DNA from: a virus
Taxonomy: Duplodnaviria; Caudoviricetes
Virus record (IMG/VR): IMGVR_UViG_2524614578_000001
Coordinates: 9,107-73,106 of that record
Reading direction: 5' to 3' (one strand)
Length of the DNA: 64,000 bases
Position 1 is the stretch's first letter. Each line of letters starts with the position of its first letter. The position numbers and the translations under genes were made by a program. The notes under the pieces were generated by a model. The model ran no database searches and was not told the origin of the DNA. It worked only from the letters and a program-made list of their open reading frames with translations. This document shows, piece after piece, positions 1-9,086 of this stretch.

Positions 1-239
1 GGATCTTCGGCGTCGTCCACTCCCCGCGGAACATCCGCCTCGACCCCACGAACTACTACCCGTCGTTCAAGGCCGCCGTCGACGGCATCGTCCGCGCCGG
101 AGTCATCTCAGACGACGACGACAAGCACGTCCTCGGCCCCGACATGCGTCGCGGCCCCCGCACCCCCGGCTGGCAGATCGTCCTCCATATCTACGAGGCG
201 TACCCCGCCGACTGGTACGACGCGGAGGTGGCGGCATGA
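1..239 (+). CDS. RusA-like Holliday junction resolvase (5' partial)
   Basis: Hand translation of frame 3: RLDPTNYYPSFKAAVDGIVRAGVISDDD matches the RusA D..N...K...D....G...DD pattern; stop overlaps next ATG. Confidence 0.75.
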   Translation, partial: IFGVVHSPRNIRLDPTNYYPSFKAAVDGIVRAGVISDDDDKHVLGPDMRRGPRTPGWQIVLHIYEAYPADWYDAEVAA

Positions 240-640
240 GCACCGCGCCCGCCCCCGTCCGTCGATGGACGGACCTGGCCGCCTGCCGGGGCCACGACGA
301 CGTCATGTTCCCGCACGACGAAGACGACGAAGCGCGCACAGCACCCGGCAAGGCGCTGTGCGCCGACTGCCCCGCCCGGCCCGAATGCCTCGACGACGCC
401 ATGCAGGCGGAGAACGGCGACGGCCGCAACAAGCGGCACGGCATCCGCGGCGGGCTCACCGGCGCCGAACGATGGCGCCGCGACCGAGTCCGCATCGACA
501 AGCCCACCCCCGACCGCCACGGCGGACGGCAACGCGCCGCATGCGGCACACCCGAAGCCGCCGCACGACACCGCCGCTACAAGGAAGCCCTCTGCGACGC
601 CTGCAAAGCCGCCGCAGACACCGCACAGGAGGGGTCATGA
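236..640 (+). CDS. WhiB-family regulator with extra C-terminal Cys/His motif
   Basis: AAC...CADC.....C...GIRGGLTGAER; tail CGT...H.....CDAC. Confidence 0.88.
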   Translation: MSTAPAPVRRWTDLAACRGHDDVMFPHDEDDEARTAPGKALCADCPARPECLDDAMQAENGDGRNKRHGIRGGLTGAERWRRDRVRIDKPTPDRHGGRQRAACGTPEAAARHRRYKEALCDACKAAADTAQEGS

Positions 641-966
641 CACCCGCATCCGCATCCCGCACCCTCACCGGACGCCTCGAACGGCGCCTCGACTGGCACG
701 ACCTCGGCACCTGCCGCGAAGACGGCCGCGACCCCGCCATGTGGGAAGCCGACTACGGCAAGAAGGCCCGGCAGGCACGGGCCCTGTGCTGGCTGCACTG
801 CCCCGTCCGCGTCCGCTGCCTCATGTACACGCTCGAACAGGAAGCCGGCGACCTGCCCCGCTACCGGTTCGGCGTCGCCGGCGGCCTCAACAAGCGGGAA
901 CGCGCCGAGCTCGACCGCGGGCTGCGTGAGCGCCGCGAAGCTCGCACCGAGAAGGCCGCGGCGTGA
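637..966 (+). CDS. Second WhiB-family regulator
   Basis: W....C...ALCWLHCPVRVRC...GVAGGLNKRER; ATGA overlap. Confidence 0.8.
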   Translation: MTPASASRTLTGRLERRLDWHDLGTCREDGRDPAMWEADYGKKARQARALCWLHCPVRVRCLMYTLEQEAGDLPRYRFGVAGGLNKRERAELDRGLRERREARTEKAAA

Positions 967-1139
967 TGGACACCCAGCCTGACGTCTGCGACGTGCCCGC
1001 CGGTGACCACGCCGACCAGGTCCGGCTGTACGCCGGCGGGCGGCTCTGTGGCTGGCACGCCCCGTGGGCGGCTGCTGGACGCGCCGCCCCGCACACCGTC
1101 CAGGCCGCCGACGCCGCACAGGACTGCACCACATCTTGA
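966..1139 (+). CDS. Small Cys/His phage protein (57 aa)
   Basis: Hand translation MDTQPDVCDVPAGDH...LCGWHAPW; TGATG coupling; not in the ORF track. Confidence 0.55.
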   Translation: MDTQPDVCDVPAGDHADQVRLYAGGRLCGWHAPWAAAGRAAPHTVQAADAAQDCTTS

Positions 1140-1379
1140 CCCCGCACACGGGCGGGGTTCGCCCGTCAAGACGGGCCCGCCCGCATGTGTCCGGTTCCGC
1201 CGACACCATGCGCGACACGACGAAGGGAGCAGCACGTGACACTGCATCAGCGCACGTCGTCGCGGCGCGCAAGCGCGCTGTCTCCATCCCACGGTTTGCC
1301 GCCTGCCGCACACAGGCTTCCCGGACACGAGGAAGGCCCCGCACACAGCGGGACCTTGACGAGGGAGCAGATGATGCGA

Positions 1380-1598
1380 TCAGTCGGAGCCGTCAGCCGG
1401 CTTCTTGCGGCGCACGACCACCTTGCGCTTGGGAGCCTCAGTCCCGTTGGCCTTACGCCACGCGGCGACCTCGCGCTTGACGTACATACGCACATCGGCG
1501 GCCCGAGCAATGCCCTTCTCCTCGCAGAGCTTGCCGTAGTCCGCCCAAGTGTCGTCGTCGATGCGGACGACGCGGCCGGGCTGTCCCTTCGTGGTCAT
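1380..1598 (-). CDS. Ribbon-helix-helix (CopG-like) regulator
   Basis: GRVVRIDDDTWADYGKLCEEKG..RAADVRMYV; TACGCT -10 six nt before ATG (leaderless). Confidence 0.75.
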   Translation of the reverse strand: MTTKGQPGRVVRIDDDTWADYGKLCEEKGIARAADVRMYVKREVAAWRKANGTEAPKRKVVVRRKKPADGSD

Positions 1599-1622
1599 GA
1601 CGCAAGCGTAGCTGACTCTCCT

Positions 1623-1716
1623 GTGACTGGTCACCTGGCCGTCGCCCATGGTCCGGATCCGACTGTTCGCCCTGACTCAAACTGTACCCCTTTTGACTAT
1701 CGGGTGACCGGTCACC
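1623..1716. promoter_or_regulatory. Paired palindromic operators GTGACTGGTCAC (1623-1634) and GGTGACCGGTCACC (1703-1716)
   Basis: Two near-identical palindromes between the divergent RHH and replication genes. Confidence 0.65.
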
Positions 1717-1816
1717 TTGAGGTACACTCACAACACGGCAAGGCCAGCGCAGAGCCGCCCTGACAAGGGGGTGCAACGTCATGCCCTGACCAGACCCGAC
1801 CGGAAGAAGCAAAGAC

Positions 1817-2926
1817 ATGGCACGCGGACACGGCCGCATCCTCACCTCCATCTGGGAGGACGAGGACTTCACGAACCTCGGCGAGCCGGAGCAGCGCATG
1901 TACCTGTTCCTCATCTCGCAGCCCAACCTCAACCACGCCGGACTCCTGCCGCTCACCCTGCGGCGCTGGTCCCGCAAAGCCCGCGGACTCACCGTCGCCG
2001 AACTGGAGAAGCGCCTCGCCGCACTCGAAGAGACCCGCTTCATCGTCGTCGACGACGACACCGAGGAACTCCTCATCCGCACCTTCGTGCGCAACGACGG
2101 CGTATGGCGCATGCCCAAGGTCATGGCCGCCATGGTCTCCGGTGCCGGCGAGATCTCCTCCATGCGGCTGCGCCGCGCACTCCTCGTCGAGTCCGAGCGC
2201 CTCCCGCTCGACGAACTCAGCGATGAACCCTCGAAGTTGCGCGGCGGCGGCGAAGGCCCCTCCGTGCGCGCCCAGATCGAGGAACACCTCACGAACCTTC
2301 GACGCACCCTTCGCGTACCCGACCCCACACCCCCGAACAACCCCACACGGAAGGACTCCGACACCTTCTCGGAACCCTTCGCTAAGGGTCCCGAGACCCT
2401 TAGCGAACCCTTCGGAAACCCTTCCGGCACCCCTGGCGAACCCACTACGCGCGGGCGCGCGCGCACATCACACGCGCGTACCCCTGCCCCTGCCCCTGCC
2501 CCTATCCCCAGCCCCATAAAGGAGGGGGGTGGTGACCCAAGCGGGCAAGCACCCCCCGACACCAAGCCGGCCCCGCGGTCTGACGACCGCCCCGCCCCCA
2601 TCGACGACGACGGCTTCCAACTCACAGACGCCATGCGCCGCTGGGCCACCGACACCTTCGGCAACACCCTCGACGTCGACTACGAGACCGCCCAGTTCAT
2701 CGACCACCACCGCGCCGACGGCCGACGCCGCAGCAACTGGCCCGCCGCCTGGCAGAAGTGGATGCGCCAATCCGCCAAGTGGCAGTCCGAGCGCGCCCAG
2801 CGCGGCAACGTCGTCGCACTCCCCGCCGCACAGCGGCCCTCCACCACAGACACCCGCGTCCAGGCCGCGCTCAACCTCGGCCGCCAGATGCAGGCCGAAG
2901 CCGACGCCCGACAGGAGGCACAGTGA
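1817..2926 (+). CDS. Phage replication initiator (lambda O/DnaD-like organisation)
   Basis: IWEDEDF..L....QRMYLFL N-terminus, Pro-rich linker, C-terminal FIDHH...WPAAWQKWM; followed by a loader-like gene. Confidence 0.75.
   Translation: MARGHGRILTSIWEDEDFTNLGEPEQRMYLFLISQPNLNHAGLLPLTLRRWSRKARGLTVAELEKRLAALEETRFIVVDDDTEELLIRTFVRNDGVWRMPKVMAAMVSGAGEISSMRLRRALLVESERLPLDELSDEPSKLRGGGEGPSVRAQIEEHLTNLRRTLRVPDPTPPNNPTRKDSDTFSEPFAKGPETLSEPFGNPSGTPGEPTTRGRARTSHARTPAPAPAPIPSPIKEGGGDPSGQAPPDTKPAPRSDDRPAPIDDDGFQLTDAMRRWATDTFGNTLDVDYETAQFIDHHRADGRRRSNWPAAWQKWMRQSAKWQSERAQRGNVVALPAAQRPSTTDTRVQAALNLGRQMQAEADARQEAQ
2372..2443. repeat. Iteron-like ACCCTT repeats plus a 13-bp inverted repeat; putative origin
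   Basis: GAACCCTTCG at 2372 and 2405, AAACCCTTCC at 2416; TTCGCTAAGGGTC-CCGA-GACCCTTAGCGAA at 2378-2407. Confidence 0.55.
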
Positions 2927-3639
2927 TCAGCTACGAAGAGGTGTCACACCTCCTCGGCCTCGCCGCAGCCCGAGACCAACGCACCGTCGGCCGCGCCGAC
3001 ATCGCCGCCTGGCACGCCGACCTCAACGCCGCCAGCGTCTCCATCGACGACGCCACGCAAGCCCTCAACGCCTTCTACCAAGAGATGGCCAGCCGCCGCC
3101 CCGAAGACCGCTTCCGAGCCACACCCGTCGACCTCATCGACATCGCCAAGCGAGCCCGCCGCGAACGCGTCGCGAACCTCCGCTACGACGGCGACCCCGA
3201 CGAGACGCCGCAGCAATACCTCGCGAACCTCCGCGCCCGAACCAAAGCCCTCGCCGACGGCAACATCACCGCCGACACCGGCCTCCGCGCGCTCGGACCC
3301 GGCACCCCCGACCCGCGACTTGCCCGTCAACTTGCAGCCGTCGGCACCGACATCCGCAACATGTCGACCGACGAAGCCACCACCACCCGCCGCCCCACCC
3401 GCGTCGGCCCGCTCACCATCACCTGCCCCACATGCCAAGCCCCGCTCGGCAAGCACTGCCGCAGCAACGGACGCAACCGCACCGTCCCCCACGCAGCACG
3501 AAGACGGGCCGCACGCGACGCAGCCGGACAGCCCCGCGAAGACGACGAGCAGATCGCCGCCCGCAAAGCAGCCTCAGCCGCCGCCCTCGCCCGGCTCACC
3601 CCCGAACAGCGCCAGCAGCTCGACGACATGAACCAGTGA
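2923..3639 (+). CDS. Helicase loader/inhibitor-like protein with zinc finger
   Basis: LLGLAAARDQRTVG..DIAAW; CPTC......HC.....PH..R; position after initiator. Confidence 0.6.
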   Translation: MISYEEVSHLLGLAAARDQRTVGRADIAAWHADLNAASVSIDDATQALNAFYQEMASRRPEDRFRATPVDLIDIAKRARRERVANLRYDGDPDETPQQYLANLRARTKALADGNITADTGLRALGPGTPDPRLARQLAAVGTDIRNMSTDEATTTRRPTRVGPLTITCPTCQAPLGKHCRSNGRNRTVPHAARRRAARDAAGQPREDDEQIAARKAASAAALARLTPEQRQQLDDMNQ

Positions 3640-3665
3640 CCCGTCAACCCGCACAAGGAGGACCG

Positions 3666-4496
3666 ATGACCACCAAGACGGAACCCGCACACGGCGAACG
3701 GCGCTGCTACCTCCGCGGCTGCCGCTGTGACGCCTGCCGCGCCGCGCACAACCGCTACCTCCAGGAGTACAAACTCGACCAGCTCCGCAACAAGCCCCGC
3801 AAAGTCGACGCTGGCCCCGCCACCCAGCATGTCCAGGACCTCATCGCCCGCGGCTGCACCCGAAAAGGCATCGCCGACCACACCACCGCGCACAACAGCA
3901 CCATCGCCGACCTCGCCGAAGGCACCCGCAAGCTCGTCCTGCTCGACACAGAACGCAGCATCCTCGCCTTCCGGCCCGCGCCCGGGCACCCCGCCTTCGG
4001 GCACTGGATCGACGCCACCGGCACCAGGCGCCGCATCCAGGCTCTCGCGTGGTTCCGCTACCCGTACCGCGTCATCGCCGCCGAACTCGGAGTGTCCACC
4101 GCGACCATCGCCCACATTTCATCCGGCAGGACCAGCACCGTCTCCAACGAGCTCGCCTCAGCAACCTCCGCGCTCTACGCACAGTGGATCACCCGCCCCG
4201 GACCGTCGGTCATCACGAGCCGCCGCGCGAAAGCCGCCGGCTTCCACGGCCCCCTCGCCTGGGACGACATCGACGACCCCAACACGGAGCCCGAGGCCGA
4301 CACCAGCGGAACGGTCAAGGAAGCCAAGCGCGACCAGACCCTCGCCGACGAAGTCCGGCACCTTGCCGAAGGCGGCACCAGCGAATGGGAAATCGCCCGC
4401 CGCGTCGGCCGCACCGAGGGCTACATCCACGCACAGCTCCACGGCAAACGCGCCCCCGGCTGGCGCAAACGCGAACAGGAACTCGCCGCCGCCTGA
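3666..4496 (+). CDS. HTH DNA-binding protein with N-terminal Cys motif
   Basis: HG..RCY.RGCRCDAC; IAAELGVSTATIAHI; IARRVGRT. Confidence 0.7.
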   Translation: MTTKTEPAHGERRCYLRGCRCDACRAAHNRYLQEYKLDQLRNKPRKVDAGPATQHVQDLIARGCTRKGIADHTTAHNSTIADLAEGTRKLVLLDTERSILAFRPAPGHPAFGHWIDATGTRRRIQALAWFRYPYRVIAAELGVSTATIAHISSGRTSTVSNELASATSALYAQWITRPGPSVITSRRAKAAGFHGPLAWDDIDDPNTEPEADTSGTVKEAKRDQTLADEVRHLAEGGTSEWEIARRVGRTEGYIHAQLHGKRAPGWRKREQELAAA

Positions 4497-4553
4497 ACCA
4501 GCACCATTTGCGCTGACCACAACTTCGACAACGACAGTCGAAAGGACGAAGAT

Positions 4554-4823
4554 ATGGCCCAGCAGACACTGCCCCGCAACGGCAGGTGCCAACACTGCCG
4601 ACAGAAGCGCCCCCTGTTCCTCCACGACAACTGGGCGTCCTTCCTGGCAGACGACACCGCCTGGCTCTGCACCCGCGACTACAGCGCCCGCGAGGAAGCC
4701 ATCGAGAACGAGGCCCACTTCGACATCTGGCGCGACTTCGACCCGTTCCAGGCCGACGACTACTGGGCCGCCCTCCACGCCGCCCTTGCCGCTATCGATC
4801 TGGGCGAGGAGATCGCGTCGTGA
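4554..4823 (+). CDS. Hypothetical protein
   Basis: RBS GAAAGGA, CxxC motif, coupled to next gene. Confidence 0.65.
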   Translation: MAQQTLPRNGRCQHCRQKRPLFLHDNWASFLADDTAWLCTRDYSAREEAIENEAHFDIWRDFDPFQADDYWAALHAALAAIDLGEEIAS

Positions 4824-5113
4824 GTCTCCGCCGCGGCGCCCCGATGCCCGCCGACCTCCGACCCGCACGGCACCCCGCACTCGCCCACAACTGCCGCCAC
4901 TGCGGAGCCACAGCCGGACACGCCTGCCGCTCACAGAGCCGCATACGGACCATGCCCACCCCACACCCCAGCCGCATCACCGCACTCATCATCGCCACCG
5001 CCAACTGCCCCGACTGCCAAGCCGAACCCGGCGCCCCATGCCACGACGGAAGCCGGCCCCGCGGCGACCACCACCAGGCACGCCAGCAAGAAGCCGAGAG
5101 GGCCACCGCATGA
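4820..5113 (+). CDS. Double zinc-finger protein
   Basis: CRHC......C...H..R and CPDC......C...H..R. Confidence 0.65.
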   Translation: MSLRRGAPMPADLRPARHPALAHNCRHCGATAGHACRSQSRIRTMPTPHPSRITALIIATANCPDCQAEPGAPCHDGSRPRGDHHQARQQEAERATA

Positions 5114-6300
5114 ACGCCCCTCGTATCGGCTCCCTGTTCACCGGCACCGGCGCCTTGGATCTGGCGGTGCAGGACGTGTACGGCGGCGACCTCATCTGGC
5201 ACTCGCAGTGGGAGCCGCCGGACAAGGACGGCAAGCCCGACTGGCACCAGTGGGCCGCCCGCATCCTCGAACGGCATTGGCCAACGGTGCCGAACCTCGG
5301 CGACATCACCCAGATCCAGTGGCCCGAGGTTGAGCCCATCGACATCCTCACGGGCGGCTTCCCCTGTACCGACGTGTCCTCCGCAGGGAAGCGCGCCGGC
5401 CTCGCACCCGACACCCGCTCCGGCCTGTGGACCCACATGGCCCGCGCTGTCTCCGTACTCCGACCCCGACTGGTGGTGATCGAAAATGTCCAAGGACTCC
5501 TCTCCGCGAAAGCCGACCGCGGCCTGGGACCCGACCGAGAGGCTGTGGATGAAGGAGCTCCCGGAGGGGTTCTTCGAGCTCTCGGTGCCGTACTCGGAGA
5601 CTTGGCCGTCCTCGGGTTCGATGCGGAATGGGCGCGCGTGGCTGCAGCGGAGGTCGGCGCTCCCCACCGCCGCGAACGAGTCTTCGTCATCGCATGGCCC
5701 GCTGCTGAAGACACCCACCGCGCAGCTCGCGGTGAACGGCGGCTCGCAGCACCCGGACAAGCGGAAGCAGGGCGGGCACGGTCCGACGCTGGCCGACGAG
5801 GTGGAGCATCTGCTGCCGACACCCGCAGCGAGGGACTGGAAGTCGGGCGAGTCGAACCTGATGGACCGCAACTCGCGGCCGTTGAACGAGGTCGTGGTGA
5901 ACCTGCTGCCGACACCGCGAGCGTCGGACGGGAGCAAGGGCGGACCGAATCAGCGCGGGTCGAAGGGCGACCTGATGCTGCCGTCGGCGGTGACGCACAT
6001 GTCGAATACGGCGACTTCGCCCCCGCCATCCGACGCTGGGAACACGTCCTCGGACGACGAGCCCCGCGACCAGTTGACGATCTGGGACGTCTGAACCCGC
6101 CCTTCGTCGAATGGATGATGGGCCTCCCCGAAGGCTGGGTCGTCGACACCCCCGGCATCACCCGGCCCGCCGCACTCAAGGCGCTCGGCAACGGCGTCGT
6201 CCGCCAACAAGCCGCCGCCGCGCTGCGGCTGCTGTGGGACCGCATGCCGACCGAGGCGCGGCTTCCCGCCACCGCAACATCCACATCAGTAGCCGCATGA
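5110..6300 (+). CDS. dcm: DNA cytosine-C5 methyltransferase
   Basis: SLFTGTG (I), GGFPCTDVS (IV), ENV (VI), PHRRERVF (VIII), EWMMGLP (IX), LGNGVV (X). Confidence 0.93.
   Translation: MNAPRIGSLFTGTGALDLAVQDVYGGDLIWHSQWEPPDKDGKPDWHQWAARILERHWPTVPNLGDITQIQWPEVEPIDILTGGFPCTDVSSAGKRAGLAPDTRSGLWTHMARAVSVLRPRLVVIENVQGLLSAKADRGLGPDREAVDEGAPGGVLRALGAVLGDLAVLGFDAEWARVAAAEVGAPHRRERVFVIAWPAAEDTHRAARGERRLAAPGQAEAGRARSDAGRRGGASAADTRSEGLEVGRVEPDGPQLAAVERGRGEPAADTASVGREQGRTESARVEGRPDAAVGGDAHVEYGDFAPAIRRWEHVLGRRAPRPVDDLGRLNPPFVEWMMGLPEGWVVDTPGITRPAALKALGNGVVRQQAAAALRLLWDRMPTEARLPATATSTSVAA
5486..6094 (+). CDS. Alternative-frame ORF nested in dcm with three LL(P/K)TP repeats
   Basis: 202 aa open frame; ATG lies in the rare AAT codon of ENV; LLKTPTA / LLPTPAARD / LLPTPRASD. 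Confidence 0.6.
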   Translation: MSKDSSPRKPTAAWDPTERLWMKELPEGFFELSVPYSETWPSSGSMRNGRAWLQRRSALPTAANESSSSHGPLLKTPTAQLAVNGGSQHPDKRKQGGHGPTLADEVEHLLPTPAARDWKSGESNLMDRNSRPLNEVVVNLLPTPRASDGSKGGPNQRGSKGDLMLPSAVTHMSNTATSPPPSDAGNTSSDDEPRDQLTIWDV

Positions 6301-6563
6301 ACACAGCCGCACGTAGATCTACGACCGATTGGACGGAAACCACCATGAACGAACAGCTCGAACTCTTCGGCACCACCGATGTCACCGGCAGCGGCAAGGC
6401 CAAGCCGTGGGCGCTCCGTTGGAACGAGACCAGCAGCAGCCAGGACCAGCCGCACCACGACGCCGACGACTGCGGCTGCGACGACGACTTCGGCCCCTGC
6501 GAGGACCACCCCGCCCTTGACGACAACCAGCGCGTCATCGAGCCGAGTGAGGACGCCGCCTAA
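6297..6563 (+). CDS. Small acidic protein with a QLELF motif
   Basis: ATGA overlap with dcm (alternative start 6345); TAATG overlap with dnaN. Confidence 0.6.
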   Translation: MNTAARRSTTDWTETTMNEQLELFGTTDVTGSGKAKPWALRWNETSSSQDQPHHDADDCGCDDDFGPCEDHPALDDNQRVIEPSEDAA

Positions 6564-7693
6564 TGCGAGTCACCGCCCCCCAGAAGGAGTTGGCTGCCGT
6601 GGCCCAGTTGGTGGCCCGGCAACTCCCCAACAACGCGACCATGCCTGCCCTGATGGGTATGCGGCTCGCCGCAGAGCACGGCCGGCTGACGGTTGCCGGC
6701 TTCGACGGTGCCACGTCGATCCGTGCCGCCCTCGAAGCCGATGTGGACGACGACGGTTCGGCGTCCGTGTCGGCCCGGCTGCTGGCCGACGTCCTCGGCA
6801 CGTTGGGTAAGAACGACGTGACCGTCGAGGCCGACGGCCGTGAGGTGTCGGTGACGACTGCTGGATCCTCGGCGGCGTTGCCGCTGCTGGACGGGGAGTC
6901 GTGGCCGACGCTGCCGACCGCCCCGGCCGGTACCGGCACGGTGGACGGCGCCGAACTGGCCGCCGCCTACAAGCGGGTCAAGGCCGCGGTGAACCCGAAG
7001 GCTGCGGGCCGCTTCGAGGGCATGGCCGGTGTGCGGCTGATGGTCGAAGGTGACCGGCTGCGTGTGACCGCCACTGACTCGTACCGGATCTCCGATGTGT
7101 GGCTGCCGTTCATGGATCTGACGCCGGAGGCGAAGGGTATGGCGGTGGCGCCGGACAAGGTGCTCGCCTCCAACCTGGGCGCGTTCGAGGCGGGCCCGGT
7201 CAGGTTGGCGCTGCCGGCGGACGGCAACGGCACCGTGGGTCTGGTGTCGTCGGCGGCGCAGGTTGTCACGGGCCTGTTCGCCCCGGGCACGTTCCCGCAC
7301 CGCGTCGACGAGGTGACGCCGACCGACTTCACCGGCACCGCCCTGTTCGACGCGGGCGACATGGTTGATGCGCTGCGCCGCGTGTCGGTGGTGTGCGAGG
7401 AGGGCTCCCCGATCTGGGTTCGCTTCGACCGCGAGGCCGGCTCGGCCCGTCTGCGGGCGGCGTCGCTGCGGGGCACGACGGAGGCAACGGTCGACTGCCG
7501 CTACGACGGCGACCAGCCCGAGTTCTCTGCCGCCTGGAACGGCCGCTACCTGACGGACGGCCTGACCCCGCTCGACGGGGAGGTGCGGATGCAGGTGACG
7601 ACGGCGCAGAAACCGGCGGTCATCGCCGACCCGGAGGACGACGCCTACCGGTACGTGGTCATCCCGATCCGGGATCCGAAGGGCCCGCAGTAG
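6563..7693 (+). CDS. dnaN: DNA polymerase III beta sliding clamp
   Basis: 376 aa; ATDSYRI, WNGRYLTDGL, YRYVVIPIR. Confidence 0.9.
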   Translation: MRVTAPQKELAAVAQLVARQLPNNATMPALMGMRLAAEHGRLTVAGFDGATSIRAALEADVDDDGSASVSARLLADVLGTLGKNDVTVEADGREVSVTTAGSSAALPLLDGESWPTLPTAPAGTGTVDGAELAAAYKRVKAAVNPKAAGRFEGMAGVRLMVEGDRLRVTATDSYRISDVWLPFMDLTPEAKGMAVAPDKVLASNLGAFEAGPVRLALPADGNGTVGLVSSAAQVVTGLFAPGTFPHRVDEVTPTDFTGTALFDAGDMVDALRRVSVVCEEGSPIWVRFDREAGSARLRAASLRGTTEATVDCRYDGDQPEFSAAWNGRYLTDGLTPLDGEVRMQVTTAQKPAVIADPEDDAYRYVVIPIRDPKGPQ

Positions 7694-7744
7694 CTAGGGC
7701 TTTGTGCTGCCCATCGTTTCGCCTGTGACAGAAGAATCGTCAAC

Positions 7745-7770
7745 GCCCGGCCGTCATCCGACGGCCGGGC
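7745..7770. terminator. GC-rich hairpin
   Basis: GCCCGGCCGTC-ATCC-GACGGCCGGGC after dnaN. Confidence 0.5.
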
Positions 7771-7789
7771 CTAACCACCGGAGACCCGC

Positions 7790-8191
7790 ATGAACGACAC
7801 CCGCGACGCTGAACTCGCCGAACACTTCCGTGCGCTGCGCGAACGCGCCGCTACCGAAGCCGCTGCACTCCCGCCCGCGAACGTGCAGCCCACCCGCTAC
7901 GAAGTCTCATGCGTGCCCGAAGGCATCGACCGGGCGCACTTTTCCATCCACGTCGAATACCGAGGCCGCGACCTGTGGGCCGTCACCCGGCACCGCGAAT
8001 GCCTCGCCGCCGACGGCACCTGGAGCTGGGAGTCGATCCCGTCCGAGCGCGAAGACGAGTGGCTCGCACGTCACCGCTTCGACCTGGACACCGCACTCGA
8101 ACTCGCCAAGCAGGTCGCGCCGCTGCTCACCGTCAACGGCTTCACCGTCACCGAAGCCATCGCCATGGAAGCCCGGAGGAATGAGTCATGA
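7790..8191 (+). CDS. Hypothetical phage protein
   Basis: RBS, GC3-rich codons, operon context. Confidence 0.7.
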   Translation: MNDTRDAELAEHFRALRERAATEAAALPPANVQPTRYEVSCVPEGIDRAHFSIHVEYRGRDLWAVTRHRECLAADGTWSWESIPSEREDEWLARHRFDLDTALELAKQVAPLLTVNGFTVTEAIAMEARRNES

Positions 8192-8523
8192 CCCACGCCG
8201 CGGCCGGACGGTCGACCGCGTCCACCATCACCGACGACCAACTCGACCGGCTGCACGCCCGGCTTGCCGCAGTCGGCGACCTGCACAGCCCCATAGCGGA
8301 CCCGGCGTGGGCCGCGTTCTGCTGCACCCACGACGGAGCACACAAGCACCTCTGCGCCACCTGCCGTACGTGCCATCCGTGCCCCACCATGCAGGCCCTC
8401 GACGGCAGCGAGGGGCCCGCCCATGTGGCCGGTGATCCGGATCAGTGCCCCGCCTGCCGCCTGCTCCCGGCCTCGCAGGTGCCCGCCATCCTCTGCCCCG
8501 GACCCGCCAAGGAGCGATCGTGA
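8188..8523 (+). CDS. Hypothetical Cys-rich protein
   Basis: C..C....PCPT motif; overlapping start/stop codons. Confidence 0.6.
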   Translation: MTHAAAGRSTASTITDDQLDRLHARLAAVGDLHSPIADPAWAAFCCTHDGAHKHLCATCRTCHPCPTMQALDGSEGPAHVAGDPDQCPACRLLPASQVPAILCPGPAKERS

Positions 8524-9086
8524 CCGTACCGACCCAGCTCGACGCTATGTCCCTCGTCGAGCCAGCGGCCGGGTTCTTCGAGACCGATGTCCAGGCCGCC
8601 AACGCCATCTGCACCGAATGGGACCACTACTTGGGCCCCTGCAATCGCCCGTACGGCATGCAGGCGTGGCGTCTCGACGTCGCCGGCATGCCCATCTCGG
8701 TGGCGATCAGCGCCTCGACCTTCAGTAGCACCGTCGCCGAACGCACCCGCGGTGAAGTCGTCGAACTCGCGCGGCTGTGCACCCGTCCCGACTACAAGTG
8801 GGCGACCCGAGTCATGCTGCGCCTGTGGCGCGAGATCGGCGCCCAAGCCTGGCCGTACTGGGACGTGACCGCTGCCGTCGCCTACTCCGGCAACAAGAGG
8901 CACCCCGGTCACATCTACCGACACGACGGCTGGATCAAGGTCACCGACCGCGCTGGGGCGCCGAGTGGCCCCAACGCGACATGGAGCAAGCACCGCGACG
9001 CTGAGCACGCCGCCAGTGGCCGCAAGACGCTCTGGCTGTGGAACTACGCGGCTGCACAGGCGCCGGGCCAGGAGGTTGCTGCATGA
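8520..9086 (+). CDS. Mom-like (GNAT-fold) DNA adenine-modification protein
   Basis: AN..C...HYLG, VELARLC, AYS....[11 protein letters not shown]. Confidence 0.7.
   Translation: MTVPTQLDAMSLVEPAAGFFETDVQAANAICTEWDHYLGPCNRPYGMQAWRLDVAGMPISVAISASTFSSTVAERTRGEVVELARLCTRPDYKWATRVMLRLWREIGAQAWPYWDVTAAVAYSGNKRHPGHIYRHDGWIKVTDRAGAPSGPNATWSKHRDAEHAASGRKTLWLWNYAAAQAPGQEVAA

Noticed and set aside
2481-2517. CCCCTG tandem repeat
   Set aside because: Explained by the Pro-Ala linker of the initiator
3727-5109. Long N-terminal extension of dcm in the ORF track (similarly 2529, 29895, 50644)
   Set aside because: Overlaps better-supported genes; the real starts are at stop/start overlaps
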